From Candidatus Thalassarchaeaceae archaeon (GTDB lineage: Archaea > Thermoplasmatota > Poseidoniia > Poseidoniales > Thalassarchaeaceae), in the NCBI GenBank assembly GCA_045568075.1, contig JBJLBP010000001.1, forward strand, positions 570,001-602,000: DNA of 32,000 nt. The letters are read 5' to 3'. How positions within the stretch are numbered: position 1 is the stretch's first letter; each line of letters opens with the position of its first letter. The position numbers and the translations under genes were made by a program. Under the pieces are notes generated by a model. It saw nothing but the letters and a program-made list of their open reading frames with translations, did not search any database and was not told the origin of the DNA. Positions 23,756 to 32,000 of the stretch are shown here, one piece after another.

Positions 23756-25801
23756 ATGTCACAGGTCCACACCCGACAGATGGGTCGTCTGACCGCTGCG
23801 GGTGTGAAGGGCGATCTCGACGATGCTCTTGCGATCCTTGCTCGTCTCAAGGCGCTGCATTTCATCGATTACGATGGTTCAGAAGATGGACTTTCTCTTG
23901 GTACTCCTGCTAGCAAGGCTGACGATATCAGCCGCGTGCTGAACAAGGTTCGTGCAGCGGCTGCACAGGTCGAAGCATCAGGACCAGGTGATGCTGTTCC
24001 AGCAGGTGCCGTTCGAGAGGCGATTAGTGGTGACCTACCAACAAAGGTCGATGCACTTCTTGACGACCTTAGTCGCATCGACGAAATTGAAGCCTCTCTC
24101 GCTTCACAAACTGAGGAGGAGACAACTCTCAGAATGGTCTCTCCACTTGGAATAGATGTCGAACTCCTATCTGGATTCGAGTCAATCACTTCCTTTGTCG
24201 GCACGGCGAAGGATGTCAATGCAGCCCGTGCCGCAGCCGGAGATGGAATCTTCGCCAGTGGCTCAGCCGATGGCGAGAACGTTGTTGGCGTATTCGTCCG
24301 CAACGAGGACGCGGCCGCTACCGCGAGCGCTCTCGATGCGGCCGGCTTCACCGCTCTACAACTTCCATCGGGCGAGGGTGACTCAACCACTCGTCTCAAC
24401 GACCTTGCCAACATTCGCCTTGGACTCCAGTCTGAGCGCGAGGGACTCGACGGAGCAGTCGAGTCTTGGACTGAGGAGAACGGCGAAGATTTGGTCTGCA
24501 GCCTCGAAATCCTCGAGCGAGATCACGAACTGACAACCTCTCCTGTCCGCGTCGCAGTATCGGACCATGCTTTCATCATCGATGGCTGGGTCGAAATGGA
24601 TCGCGCGCATGACATCAAGATCGCTCTAGGCGGTGCATGTATCGTAGTCGACGTCGAGCCCTTCGTCATCGAGGCCGGTGGTGGACACCATGATCACGAC
24701 CACCACCATGAGCCAGTCTCGCCTCCAATCGCTTTCCAGCCGAGGAAAGCAACAAAGCCTCTCGAATTGGTTACCGACATGGTCGGTCGACCCGGATATG
24801 GTCGACTAGATCCGACTCTTTTCATGTTCATCACCTATCCACTATTCTTCGGATTGATGCTCGGTGACATGGCCTACGGTCTCCTCACCATGGGTCTCGG
24901 TGGCCTCCTTATGAGCAAGGCCGGTACTAATGATGGGCTCAAGTTGGGCGGGCGCTTCCTGCTTCTCATTGGAGGGGCAACCGTACTTTTCGGCTACATT
25001 TACGCGGAATTTGCGGGTTGGGAAATCTTCCCACACTACGGACACCACAGTCCTGTGGAATTCATGCAAGCTCTGTACCCAGCAGTTGATTCGCACGGCC
25101 ACGTTTTCGAGGTCGCCTTGGGATACAACATCACTTTCGCTTTCCCGTTCCATCGCGTCTCGAGCAATCTGATGGATCTGATTGTCCTCACCCTCTACAT
25201 GGGCTGGATACACGTCATGGTTGGTCTCATCATGGGCTTCAGGGATGTGCTCTTTATCGGAAATGGACACGGTGGAATTGGATGGGTTGCAGCCTTCTTT
25301 GAGAAGGGCGCCTGGATGGTTCTACTCGTCGGTGGTCTTCTGTTCACGCACGCGTACATTGGCTCTCACAGTGAATTCATGACCGCGGGCGTGACTTTGA
25401 TTGGAATCGCTACGGCCTGCTTGGTGTGGACTCTTTACCGCTATCACGGTCTCGATTTGCCTATCGCTCTGATGATGGGTCCAATCGAAGCGCTCGGCAT
25501 GATGCCGACCATCATCTCCTACGTTCGACTATTCGCGGTCGGCGTCGTCGGAGTCAAGATTGCCGAGACTGGTAATCACATGTTCTTCGACAATATTTCT
25601 CTCGATGAGCCACTCATGGCCATCGCTCTCTTCATCGGTTGGTTCGTCGTCCAAGCATTCGCTTGGGTACTCGGCGTTTTCAGCCCTAACATCCACGCGG
25701 CCCGATTGCACATGGTCGAGTGGATGAAGCAATACTACGATTCCAGCGGAAAGCCGTTCTCGCCATTTGGCGGGACGTCACGATATGTGGAGGGTGAGTA
25801 A
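23756..25801 (+). CDS. atpI: A-type ATP synthase subunit I (membrane stator, a-subunit homologue)
   Basis: An N-terminal soluble domain of about 330 aa is followed by multiple TM helices. It carries the conserved C-terminal ..SYVRLFAVG....I.. arginine helix and ARLHMVEW. GGAGGT at 23743-23748 precedes ATG 23756. Confidence 0.9.
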   Translation: MSQVHTRQMGRLTAAGVKGDLDDALAILARLKALHFIDYDGSEDGLSLGTPASKADDISRVLNKVRAAAAQVEASGPGDAVPAGAVREAISGDLPTKVDALLDDLSRIDEIEASLASQTEEETTLRMVSPLGIDVELLSGFESITSFVGTAKDVNAARAAAGDGIFASGSADGENVVGVFVRNEDAAATASALDAAGFTALQLPSGEGDSTTRLNDLANIRLGLQSEREGLDGAVESWTEENGEDLVCSLEILERDHELTTSPVRVAVSDHAFIIDGWVEMDRAHDIKIALGGACIVVDVEPFVIEAGGGHHDHDHHHEPVSPPIAFQPRKATKPLELVTDMVGRPGYGRLDPTLFMFITYPLFFGLMLGDMAYGLLTMGLGGLLMSKAGTNDGLKLGGRFLLLIGGATVLFGYIYAEFAGWEIFPHYGHHSPVEFMQALYPAVDSHGHVFEVALGYNITFAFPFHRVSSNLMDLIVLTLYMGWIHVMVGLIMGFRDVLFIGNGHGGIGWVAAFFEKGAWMVLLVGGLLFTHAYIGSHSEFMTAGVTLIGIATACLVWTLYRYHGLDLPIALMMGPIEALGMMPTIISYVRLFAVGVVGVKIAETGNHMFFDNISLDEPLMAIALFIGWFVVQAFAWVLGVFSPNIHAARLHMVEWMKQYYDSSGKPFSPFGGTSRYVEGE

Positions 25802-25843
25802 TCACTTTGCTAGCCGTGGAAAAAATAATGGAGGAAAAAGGAA

Positions 25844-26173
25844 ATGAAGACAACCGCAATGAAGGGACTTAGTGCACTCTTTGTCCTGTTCGTAATCGCA
25901 GCATTTGCGACTGGCGTACAGGCTCAGGATGACACCAACGCAGAAACGACAGAGGACAACACCGCTGGATATGCGGCTCTAGGAGCCGGACTGGCTCTTG
26001 GCCTCGCAGGAATCGGAACTGGCCTAAGCCAGGGACCAATCGGAGCAGCATCCGTCGGCATGATTGCCGAGGACTCTGGCCGACTCGGTCACGCGATTCT
26101 GTTTACCGCTCTGCCTGAGACAATCGTCCTGTTCGGTTTCCTCGCGATGTTCTTGATGCCAGGCCTTGCTTGA
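25844..26173 (+). CDS. atpK: A-type ATP synthase subunit K (c / proteolipid) with a signal-peptide-like N-terminal extension
   Basis: Glycine-rich hairpin GAGLALGLAGIGTGLSQGPIGAA...LPETIVLFGFL with the carboxylate in helix 2. GGAGG lies upstream of ATG 25844. Confidence 0.9.
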   Translation: MKTTAMKGLSALFVLFVIAAFATGVQAQDDTNAETTEDNTAGYAALGAGLALGLAGIGTGLSQGPIGAASVGMIAEDSGRLGHAILFTALPETIVLFGFLAMFLMPGLA

Positions 26174-26222
26174 GCATCTCGCGAAGAACCGAGAGAATGA
26201 ATAGAATCACACACGAGATGAG

Positions 26223-26783
26223 ATGATGACACTGGATGCGCTAGCAAACGAGATTGCTGCCAAGGCTTCGGCTGAAGGCAAAGCAATCACAGACGCTGCC
26301 CGCGCGCAAGCGAAGGAAATCGCTGCGGAGGCGAAGGCTACGGCCGAGTCTACCCGCGGCAATATGGTCGCTCGCGCGGAGCGTGAGAGTAGCCAACTGT
26401 CGGTAGAGGTCGTGGCTTCGGCCCGACAAGCGAATCAGAAGCGTGAACTCATCGCTCGACGCGAAGAGTTGGACGCTACATGGGAAGCAGTACGAGAGAA
26501 GGTCGGCTCAGCCGATCTGAAAGGTCGCGCTGACACTCTGAAGGCTCTGCTTGCAGAAGCCAAGGGTGCTGGTGACGACATGGTATTGCACCCGGTCGCG
26601 ATTGACAGAAAGGCACTCACAGGCCAAGGCTTCGACCTTGGCGACGATGTCGACGGACTGGGTGGTTTCACCCTCGAGTCCGCCGACGGATCGATAGTAC
26701 TAGATTTCCGCTTTGACAGCCGCCTAGAGGATGCTTGGAAGAGCAACCTCGGTGCGGTCAACGAAGCGATGTTTGGAAACTGA
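26223..26783 (+). CDS. atpE: A-type ATP synthase subunit E
   Basis: N-terminal Ala/Glu-rich helix, and the C-terminal GGFTLESADGSIVLDFRFDSRLE matching the subunit E signature (GGv.l.s.dG.i.vdnTfdsrLe). Confidence 0.88.
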   Translation: MMTLDALANEIAAKASAEGKAITDAARAQAKEIAAEAKATAESTRGNMVARAERESSQLSVEVVASARQANQKRELIARREELDATWEAVREKVGSADLKGRADTLKALLAEAKGAGDDMVLHPVAIDRKALTGQGFDLGDDVDGLGGFTLESADGSIVLDFRFDSRLEDAWKSNLGAVNEAMFGN

Positions 26784-26796
26784 ATGAGGTGAAAAT

Positions 26797-27849
26797 ATGG
26801 CGAGGATGGCAAGCGGTCGCTCGAATATGGCAAACGCCGGTGCGCGCGCTAAAGCGCGCAAGGCGTCGCTAATCGACGGTACGCGTATGCGACAGCTCCT
26901 ACAGCAGGGCACCGATTCAATCGGCGTCAGCATTGGAGAATTCGGATACCGCTCCGAGATGGATCTTTACTCCGCCCGCATGGGTGGTTCGGATGCAATC
27001 GAAGCAGCGCTGAGTCACAACCTCGACAATGACCTTGATTCAGTGCTCGACTTTTGCCAAGGGAACCTAAAGGGTCTCGTTGCAATCTACGTCGAGCGCT
27101 TCCACTACGAGAAGGCGAAGACCGTCCTCAGGGCGGTCAACAAGGGTGCTTCGGATGGTTTGATCGCCGATCAGATTCTTCCTGAGGAGAACCCCAAGAA
27201 CTCTCTCTGGCTGCACATTGTGCGGACAACTGAGACTGTTCAGGAAGCCGCCGATGCAATGGTAGGAACTCCTTGGGGTCGCTGCCTTGCGAAGCTCGAG
27301 GGAGAGCCACCTCTGCAAGAGATGGAAGACTCCCTCGACCGGCAGTATTTCGCTAACTCGTTAGTAGCAGCGCGCGGAGCGGACGCAAGTCCGCAATTAC
27401 TGCGCTACTTGCGTACAGAAATCGATCATCGAAACATCGTGAACCAATTCCGCGCTCAGAAGCAGAATCTTTCTGTTGAGACGCGCGTGAACCTAAACAT
27501 CCCGGGAGGCAGAATCGGAGAGGCTACGCTGAGAGCAGCAACTCAGGTCGATTCAGAGGAGGCATTGTTAGATGCCCTCCGTCGTTCAAATGCCTTCGAC
27601 GATTCTGGCTTCGAGGAAGCCATGCAGGAGTCCGCCAAGCGCGGTACATTCGACCCATTGGTCAACCTCCTGCGCAACCAGCGACTAAAGATGTTGAAGC
27701 GATTTTCACATCTCAATCCGGTCTCTGCATTCCCGGTGATTTACTACATTCAAGCCAAGGTTCTGGAGGTCCAGAACCTCCGTCTGCTCGTGCGCGGCAA
27801 GGCGGCAGGCCTCTCTGATGAGGTCATTGAAGCGCACATGTACATCTGA
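26797..27849 (+). CDS. atpC: A-type ATP synthase subunit C
   Basis: A 350-aa helical protein in the canonical operon position with the N-terminal ..ANAGARAKARKASLI pattern. SD GAGGTGA precedes the ATG. Confidence 0.85.
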   Translation: MARMASGRSNMANAGARAKARKASLIDGTRMRQLLQQGTDSIGVSIGEFGYRSEMDLYSARMGGSDAIEAALSHNLDNDLDSVLDFCQGNLKGLVAIYVERFHYEKAKTVLRAVNKGASDGLIADQILPEENPKNSLWLHIVRTTETVQEAADAMVGTPWGRCLAKLEGEPPLQEMEDSLDRQYFANSLVAARGADASPQLLRYLRTEIDHRNIVNQFRAQKQNLSVETRVNLNIPGGRIGEATLRAATQVDSEEALLDALRRSNAFDDSGFEEAMQESAKRGTFDPLVNLLRNQRLKMLKRFSHLNPVSAFPVIYYIQAKVLEVQNLRLLVRGKAAGLSDEVIEAHMYI

Positions 27850-27858
27850 GGTGAAAAA

Positions 27859-28158
27859 ATGGAGATCGCAGTAGTGGGAACCACAGAATTCACCCTCGGA
27901 TTCCAACTCGCTGGCGTTACACGCCTGCACCATCCAGCAGACTTGGAAGAGACCGCTAAGGTCCTTCGCAGTCTACTGGATCAAATCGAGGTCGGCATAA
28001 TCGTGATTGACAGTGCCGACCTCACCCAGATGCCTGAGAGACTGCGTCAGCAAGTCTCGGATAGCATCACGCCCACAGTATTGGGCATCGGGACTGAGGA
28101 GGATAACACCCTCCGCGAGTCCATCAAGTCGGCTCTAGGAGTTGACCTATGGAAGTAA
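27859..28158 (+). CDS. atpF: A-type ATP synthase subunit F
   Basis: A 99-aa protein, [20 protein letters not shown].., the typical subunit F start. SD GAGGTGA precedes the ATG. Confidence 0.85.
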   Translation: MEIAVVGTTEFTLGFQLAGVTRLHHPADLEETAKVLRSLLDQIEVGIIVIDSADLTQMPERLRQQVSDSITPTVLGIGTEEDNTLRESIKSALGVDLWK

Positions 28159-28189
28159 TTCCAACAAAGAAGAAGGAAGTGAAAAAAAT

Positions 28190-29932
28190 ATGAGTGAGGA
28201 TAATGGAGTAATCTATCGCATTTCAGGACCGGTTGTTACCGCTGTAGGTATCACCCCGCGTATGTACGAGGTGGTCCGAGTAGGACACGAGGGACTGATG
28301 GGTGAAGTAATCGAATTGCACGGAGACCAATCGGTCATCCAGGTTTACGAGGAAACGTCGGGAATCAAGCCAGGCGAGCCCGTGATTCGAACTGGTCAGA
28401 CACTGTCTGTCCAACTCGGACCAGGCTTGCTAACGCAGATTTACGATGGAATTCAGCGACCGCTGGAGGACCTCGAAGCGACAATGGGTGTCTTCATCGA
28501 ACGTGGTGTCGACGCCGACGGTCTTGATCTGTCGAAGAAGTGGGAGTTCAACGCTACCGCTTCCGCTGGCGATGAGGTCAATGCTGGTTCCATCATTGGA
28601 ATCGTGCAGGAGACCGAGACCATCGAGCACCGTGTCATGGTTCCACCTGGAAAGAGTGGAGTCATCGCGAGTATCGAGTCTGGTGAATTCAATGTCACCC
28701 AGGCTGTATGCACGCTCGAAGATGGCACCGAGATCGCGATGATGCAGAAGTGGCCGGTGCGAACGCCCCGACCATTCGTGCAGAAGTACGCACCGGATGT
28801 ACCTCTCATCACAGGCCAGAGGATCCTCGACTTCCTCTTCCCTCTGGCTAAGGGTGGTACCGCTGGTATCCCTGGACCATTCGGAAGCGGCAAGACCGTT
28901 ACTCAGCAGCAGCTGGCCAAGTGGTCTGACGCTCAAATCGTTGTTTACATCGGATGCGGTGAGCGCGGGAACGAGATGACTGAGGTTCTCACAGAGTTCC
29001 CTCACCTAATCGATCCGCACACCGGAAAGCCTCTGATGAACCGAACTACGATGATTGCAAACACCTCCAACATGCCTGTGGCTGCTCGTGAGGCTTCTGT
29101 CTACACGGGAATCACCATCGCCGAATACTTCCGCGATATGGGCTACGACGTCGCTCTCATGGCTGACTCAACAAGCCGTTGGGCCGAAGCAATGCGTGAG
29201 ATTTCCTCTCGTCTTGAAGAGATGCCTGGTGAGGAGGGTTACCCCGCTTACCTCTCAAGCCGACTCGCTGAGTTCTACGAGCGCGCGGGTCGTGTTCAGA
29301 CTCTCGCCGGCGACGACGGATCAGTATCCGTCATCGGAGCCGTGTCCCCGCCTGGCGGTGACATCTCCGAGCCTGTCAGCCAAGGTACTCTGCGCATCGT
29401 CAAGGTGTTCTGGGGACTCGACGCTGGCCTTGCTCGTCAGCGTCACTTCCCTGCTATCAACTGGCTGAACTCTTACTCGCTGTATCCACAGGCACTCGAC
29501 CAGTGGTACCGCGACAATATCGCTAGCGACTTCCCAGAAATCCGCACTGAAATCAGTGCCCTTCTGCAGGTCGAGGCTGAACTTCAGGAAATCGTCCAGT
29601 TGGTCGGTTCCGACGCTCTGCCTATTGACCAGCAGTTAACTCTCGAAGTCGCTCGAATGATTCGTGAATTCTTCTTGCAACAGAATGCATTCCACGATGT
29701 GGACACTTACAGCAATCTCAACCTGCAATACATGATGGCCCGAGCTATCCTCAACTTCCAGGCTGAGGCAAAGAAGGCCATCGCTGGCGGTGCAGACCTC
29801 GAGTCTGTAGTCAACGTTCAGGCTCGCACCGACATCATGCGCGGACGATTTGAGTCCGGCTACGAGGAGCGCATCGAAGCGCTAGTATCAGACATGGGCA
29901 AGCAAATTGCTGCTACCATGGAGGATAACTGA
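28190..29932 (+). CDS. atpA: A-type ATP synthase catalytic subunit A
   Basis: [12 protein letters not shown]-terminus, Walker A GPFGSGKT, and [35 protein letters not shown]. Normal length of 580 aa with no intein. ATG 28190 is preferred over 28142, which would overlap atpF. Confidence 0.97.
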   Translation: MSEDNGVIYRISGPVVTAVGITPRMYEVVRVGHEGLMGEVIELHGDQSVIQVYEETSGIKPGEPVIRTGQTLSVQLGPGLLTQIYDGIQRPLEDLEATMGVFIERGVDADGLDLSKKWEFNATASAGDEVNAGSIIGIVQETETIEHRVMVPPGKSGVIASIESGEFNVTQAVCTLEDGTEIAMMQKWPVRTPRPFVQKYAPDVPLITGQRILDFLFPLAKGGTAGIPGPFGSGKTVTQQQLAKWSDAQIVVYIGCGERGNEMTEVLTEFPHLIDPHTGKPLMNRTTMIANTSNMPVAAREASVYTGITIAEYFRDMGYDVALMADSTSRWAEAMREISSRLEEMPGEEGYPAYLSSRLAEFYERAGRVQTLAGDDGSVSVIGAVSPPGGDISEPVSQGTLRIVKVFWGLDAGLARQRHFPAINWLNSYSLYPQALDQWYRDNIASDFPEIRTEISALLQVEAELQEIVQLVGSDALPIDQQLTLEVARMIREFFLQQNAFHDVDTYSNLNLQYMMARAILNFQAEAKKAIAGGADLESVVNVQARTDIMRGRFESGYEERIEALVSDMGKQIAATMEDN

Positions 29933-29944
29933 GGAGGGATATGA

Positions 29945-31330
29945 ATGAGTGGAAAGGAATACCGAACCATCACCGACGTCAAGGGACCTCTTGTGTTCCT
30001 AAACAAGACCGAACCAGTCGCCTACGGCGAGATCGTGCAACTACGACTCACCGATGGCACGATGAAGAACGGACAAGTTCTCGACACCTCCGATGACCAA
30101 GTCATCGTTCAGGTGTTCGAGGGAACTGCTTCCGTCGACCGCCAGACCGGCGTCAAGTTCCTCGGAGACGTTTTCCGTCTCCCAGTGAGCAAGGACCTCA
30201 TCGGCCGTATCCTAGACGGAGCCGGCCGACCTCGTGACGGCGGCCCTGCAATCGTCCCAGACGAAATGGCCGACATCATCGGAGCCGCTATCAACCCATA
30301 TTCGCGACAGAGTCCAGAGTCTTTCATCCAGACAGGAATCTCAGCAATCGACGCATGCACCTCGTTGGTTCGCGGACAGAAGTTGCCAATCTTCAGCGCA
30401 TCTGGTCTGCCACACAACGATATCGCGCTTCAGATTGCCCGACAAGCCAAGCTTGTCGACAGCGATGACGATTTCGTGGTAGTTTTCTGCGCTATGGGAA
30501 TCACAGCGGAAGAGTACAACTTCTTCGTACACGACCTCGAGCGCACCGGCGCTCTCGAGAACGCTGCTCTGTTCGTCAATCTCGCTGACGACCCAGCCGT
30601 CGAGCGTCTAATCACTCCACGTCTGGCTCTCACAGCAGCTGAGTACCTAGCGTTCGAGCACGATTACCACGTGCTCGTCATCTACACTGACATGACCAAC
30701 TATTGCGAATCTCTACGTCAAATTGGTGCCGCCCGTGAGGAGGTTCCAGGACGACGTGGTTACCCCGGTTACATGTACACTGACCTTGCTATGCTCTACG
30801 AGCGCGCTGGTCTTGTCAAGGGCAAGAAGGGAAGCATCACCCAATTCCCAATTCTAACTATGCCTGGTGACGATATCACCCACCCGATCCCTGACCTTTC
30901 AGGTTACATCACCGAGGGACAAATTGTGATTTCGCGTGAACTGCACCAGAAGGGAATCTACCCACCGATCAACGTTCTTCCTTCGCTTAGCCGACTGATG
31001 AACGCTGGAATTGGACCGGGCAAGACCCGAGAAGACCACAAGTCGGTCTCCGACCAGCTCTACGCTGCATACGCTCAGGGTCGCGAGTTGCGCGGTCTTG
31101 TTGCGATTGTTGGTGAGGACGCGCTGAACGAGCGTGACCTTCAGTTGCTGAAGTTCGCGGATGTCTTCGAGAACAAGTTCCTGCGGCAGAGCCGCGATGA
31201 GGACCGCTCGATTGACGAAGGCACGCTCGACCTTGCTTGGGATTTGCTGACTAGCATCGACACGAAGTATCTCGTCCGTCTGGACCAGAAGTGGATCGAC
31301 AAGTACCACCCTGACGAGAAGAAGGAGTGA
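29945..31330 (+). CDS. atpB: A-type ATP synthase subunit B
   Basis: [42 protein letters not shown] and [27 protein letters not shown] is upstream. Confidence 0.97.
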   Translation: MSGKEYRTITDVKGPLVFLNKTEPVAYGEIVQLRLTDGTMKNGQVLDTSDDQVIVQVFEGTASVDRQTGVKFLGDVFRLPVSKDLIGRILDGAGRPRDGGPAIVPDEMADIIGAAINPYSRQSPESFIQTGISAIDACTSLVRGQKLPIFSASGLPHNDIALQIARQAKLVDSDDDFVVVFCAMGITAEEYNFFVHDLERTGALENAALFVNLADDPAVERLITPRLALTAAEYLAFEHDYHVLVIYTDMTNYCESLRQIGAAREEVPGRRGYPGYMYTDLAMLYERAGLVKGKKGSITQFPILTMPGDDITHPIPDLSGYITEGQIVISRELHQKGIYPPINVLPSLSRLMNAGIGPGKTREDHKSVSDQLYAAYAQGRELRGLVAIVGEDALNERDLQLLKFADVFENKFLRQSRDEDRSIDEGTLDLAWDLLTSIDTKYLVRLDQKWIDKYHPDEKKE

Positions 31331-31350
31331 AACCCGCTTACTGCGAGTCT

Positions 31351-31360
31351 AAGGAGGTGA
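31351..31360 (+). promoter_or_regulatory. Shine-Dalgarno site (AAGGAGGTGA) for atpD, representative of the GGAGG/GAGGTGA sites before internal operon genes
   Basis: It is complementary to the conserved archaeal/bacterial 16S 3' end (..CACCUCC..). Similar sites precede atpI (23743-23748), atpC, atpF, atpB, the OYE gene (307-312) and the GGR gene. Confidence 0.6.
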
Positions 31361-31364
31361 ATGA

Positions 31365-31982
31365 ATGGCATTGGACATCAAACCAACCCGGTCCGAGCTG
31401 ATCAACCTCAAGCGACGTATCAAGCAGACTTCGAGTGGATACAACTTGCTGAAGATGAAGCGAGACGGTCTATTCCACGAGTTCCGAACTCTGCTCTCAG
31501 AGATGATTAGCGCGAGAGAGGAACTCGTCTCGACTTACCGTGAGGCAGTCGAGGCAATTAGCCTCGCAAGCGCCATCGAGGGAGGTCTCGTTGTGAAGAG
31601 CGCGGCGATTGCAAACTCAGCTTCGCCAGAGGTTGAGGTTAGCCGCCGCAACATCATGGGAGTTGTCGTCCCTCAGGTCAAAGGTCAGAATTTGACCTCG
31701 ACCATCGAGGAGCGAGGGACTGGCCTCATTGGAGGTTCACCTTACATCGATGAGGCCGCTGATGCTTACTCTGCTCTCATCGCTAAGATCGTCAAGGCAG
31801 CCGAGATGGAAGCCACACTCAAGCGCTTGCTTGAAGAAATTGAATCGACCAAGCGACGTGTCAACGCGCTGGAATTCAAGGTTATTCCAGAAATGAAGGA
31901 AGCTCAGGTATTCATTCAACTCCGATTAGAGGAGATGGAGCGGGAAGAGACGTTCCGCTTGAAGCGCTTCAAGAACAAGTAA
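31365..31982 (+). CDS. atpD: A-type ATP synthase subunit D (central stalk)
   Basis: IKPTRSELINLKRRIK N-terminus and the C-terminal coiled coil ..TKRRVNALE..VIPE... SD AAGGAGGTGA at 31351-31360. Confidence 0.9.
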   Translation: MALDIKPTRSELINLKRRIKQTSSGYNLLKMKRDGLFHEFRTLLSEMISAREELVSTYREAVEAISLASAIEGGLVVKSAAIANSASPEVEVSRRNIMGVVVPQVKGQNLTSTIEERGTGLIGGSPYIDEAADAYSALIAKIVKAAEMEATLKRLLEEIESTKRRVNALEFKVIPEMKEAQVFIQLRLEEMEREETFRLKRFKNK

Positions 31983-32000
31983 TCGACGCTTCAAGAGACG

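Noticed and set aside
28190-31330. Possible inteins or insertions in ATP synthase A and B subunits
   Set aside because: The lengths (580 and 461 aa) and uninterrupted conserved motifs match intein-free archaeal AtpA and AtpB.

Overview
The window is a gene-dense chromosomal segment with about 31 protein genes and one tRNA, almost no non-coding DNA, and several abutting or overlapping stop/start codons. Its content is archaeal. It carries a complete A-type ATP synthase operon in the canonical order atpH-I-K-E-C-F-A-B-D (23.4-32.0 kb), Pelota, an RPA/Rpap replication-protein pair, GGPP-type prenyl synthase plus geranylgeranyl reductase, and a GatD C-terminus. It also carries housekeeping metabolism: an OYE flavoprotein, an acyl-CoA carboxyltransferase, AroE, formate-THF ligase, MoaB, an SDR and a UbiE-type methyltransferase. 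The strongly acidic proteins, about 50-60 % G+C and GGAGGTGA-type Shine-Dalgarno sites fit a marine planktonic euryarchaeon of the Thermoplasmatota/MGII type. That assignment is inference, not proven. I found no CRISPR array, transposase, integrase, toxin-antitoxin pair or recognisable defence gene, so I cannot support a claim of a mobile or defence island. The parts annotation does not explain are: (1) an operonic pair of hyper-acidic envelope proteins, one with a cysteine-depleted LDL-receptor-A-like acidic cage and a PGF-CTERM-like anchor. (2) A tandem unit of a catalytically degenerate HemC-like (type-2 PBP fold) protein plus a protein with three SAP/HeH-like repeats, convergent on the RPA operon. 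(3) An endonuclease-IV-like TIM barrel with a histone-H1-like Lys/Ala tail and a PIP-like C-terminus. (4) A bacterial-type RNase PH with an insertion, lying 5 bp from a CCA-encoding tRNA-Phe. (5) Two oddities in the ATPase operon: an obligatory signal-peptide-like leader on the c/K proteolipid and a His-run in subunit I. All family assignments were made by eye from motifs and need HMM or structure confirmation.
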